In this document: in pieces, positions 63,827 through 64,000 of the stretch | How positions within the stretch are numbered: position 1 is the stretch's first letter | Layout of the letters: each line of letters starts with the position of its first letter | Assembly (NCBI GenBank): GCA_022605425.2 | Contig: CM061251.1 | Coordinates: 744,001 to 808,000, forward strand | Direction: 5' to 3' | Origin: Hamiltosporidium tvaerminnensis FI-OER-3-3 | Taxonomy: Eukaryota; Fungi; Microsporidia | DNA: 64,000 nucleotides | The notes under the pieces: model-generated | The model's database searches: none | Told to the model about the DNA's origin: nothing | Seen by the model: only the letters and a program-made list of their open reading frames with translations | Position numbers and translations under genes: made by a program

Positions 63827-64000
63827 AATGTTTTGCTTGCAATTTTCTGTATTTATATTTTTATTTATTGCAAACATTGTTTCAATGGCTTTATTTTGAC
63901 CATTCAAACCTGTTTTTGTAAAACATGTGCTAATTCTACCTGATACTGGTTTCATTTTGATCAGAATTAAGATATCTGACATGTTTATCATACCTAATTA

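Noticed and set aside
63827-63991. 55-aa N-terminal extension of PTP1 in the ORF track
   Set aside because: The signal peptide starts at Met56, and a TATA box lies within the extension.
1-64000. tRNA and rRNA genes
   Set aside because: Isolated GTTCGA hits lack a cloverleaf context, and no rRNA signature was seen.

Overview
Very AT-rich eukaryotic DNA that is almost certainly microsporidian. It carries polar tube protein genes (PTP2 and a PTP1-like gene), compact intron-poor genes with a CCC motif just before the ATG, and AATAAA at or next to stop codons. Bases 2.9-10.4 kb form a dense gene cluster: hypothetical proteins, Lso2, an Abitram-like gene split by an A-run frameshift, PheRS alpha, Kish and a Tom20-like candidate. 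Tandem duplications separate these genes. The rest is gene-sparse: a Tra2-like RRM protein, a signal-peptide HAD nucleotidase plus a piggyBac-disrupted paralog, eIF2-beta, an Rpp14/Pop8-like gene with a candidate 20-nt intron, PTP2, a signal-peptide/TM pseudogene, DPH3 and PTP1. Mobile DNA fills the gaps: RTE LINEs, REL-endonuclease LINE copies with TSDs, piggyBac, a Helitron, integrase remnants, a SINE-like family and three unclassified repeat families. Most worth follow-up: the Tom20-like ORF, a 30-nt-period conserved-core/variable-spacer array at 49.1-49.4 kb inside a ~540-bp inverted repeat, the candidate ultra-short intron, the secreted-looking nucleotidase family, and a PTP1 with a 90-proline run lying ~25 kb from PTP2. 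All homology calls come from motif recognition by eye; no searches were run and repeat boundaries are approximate.
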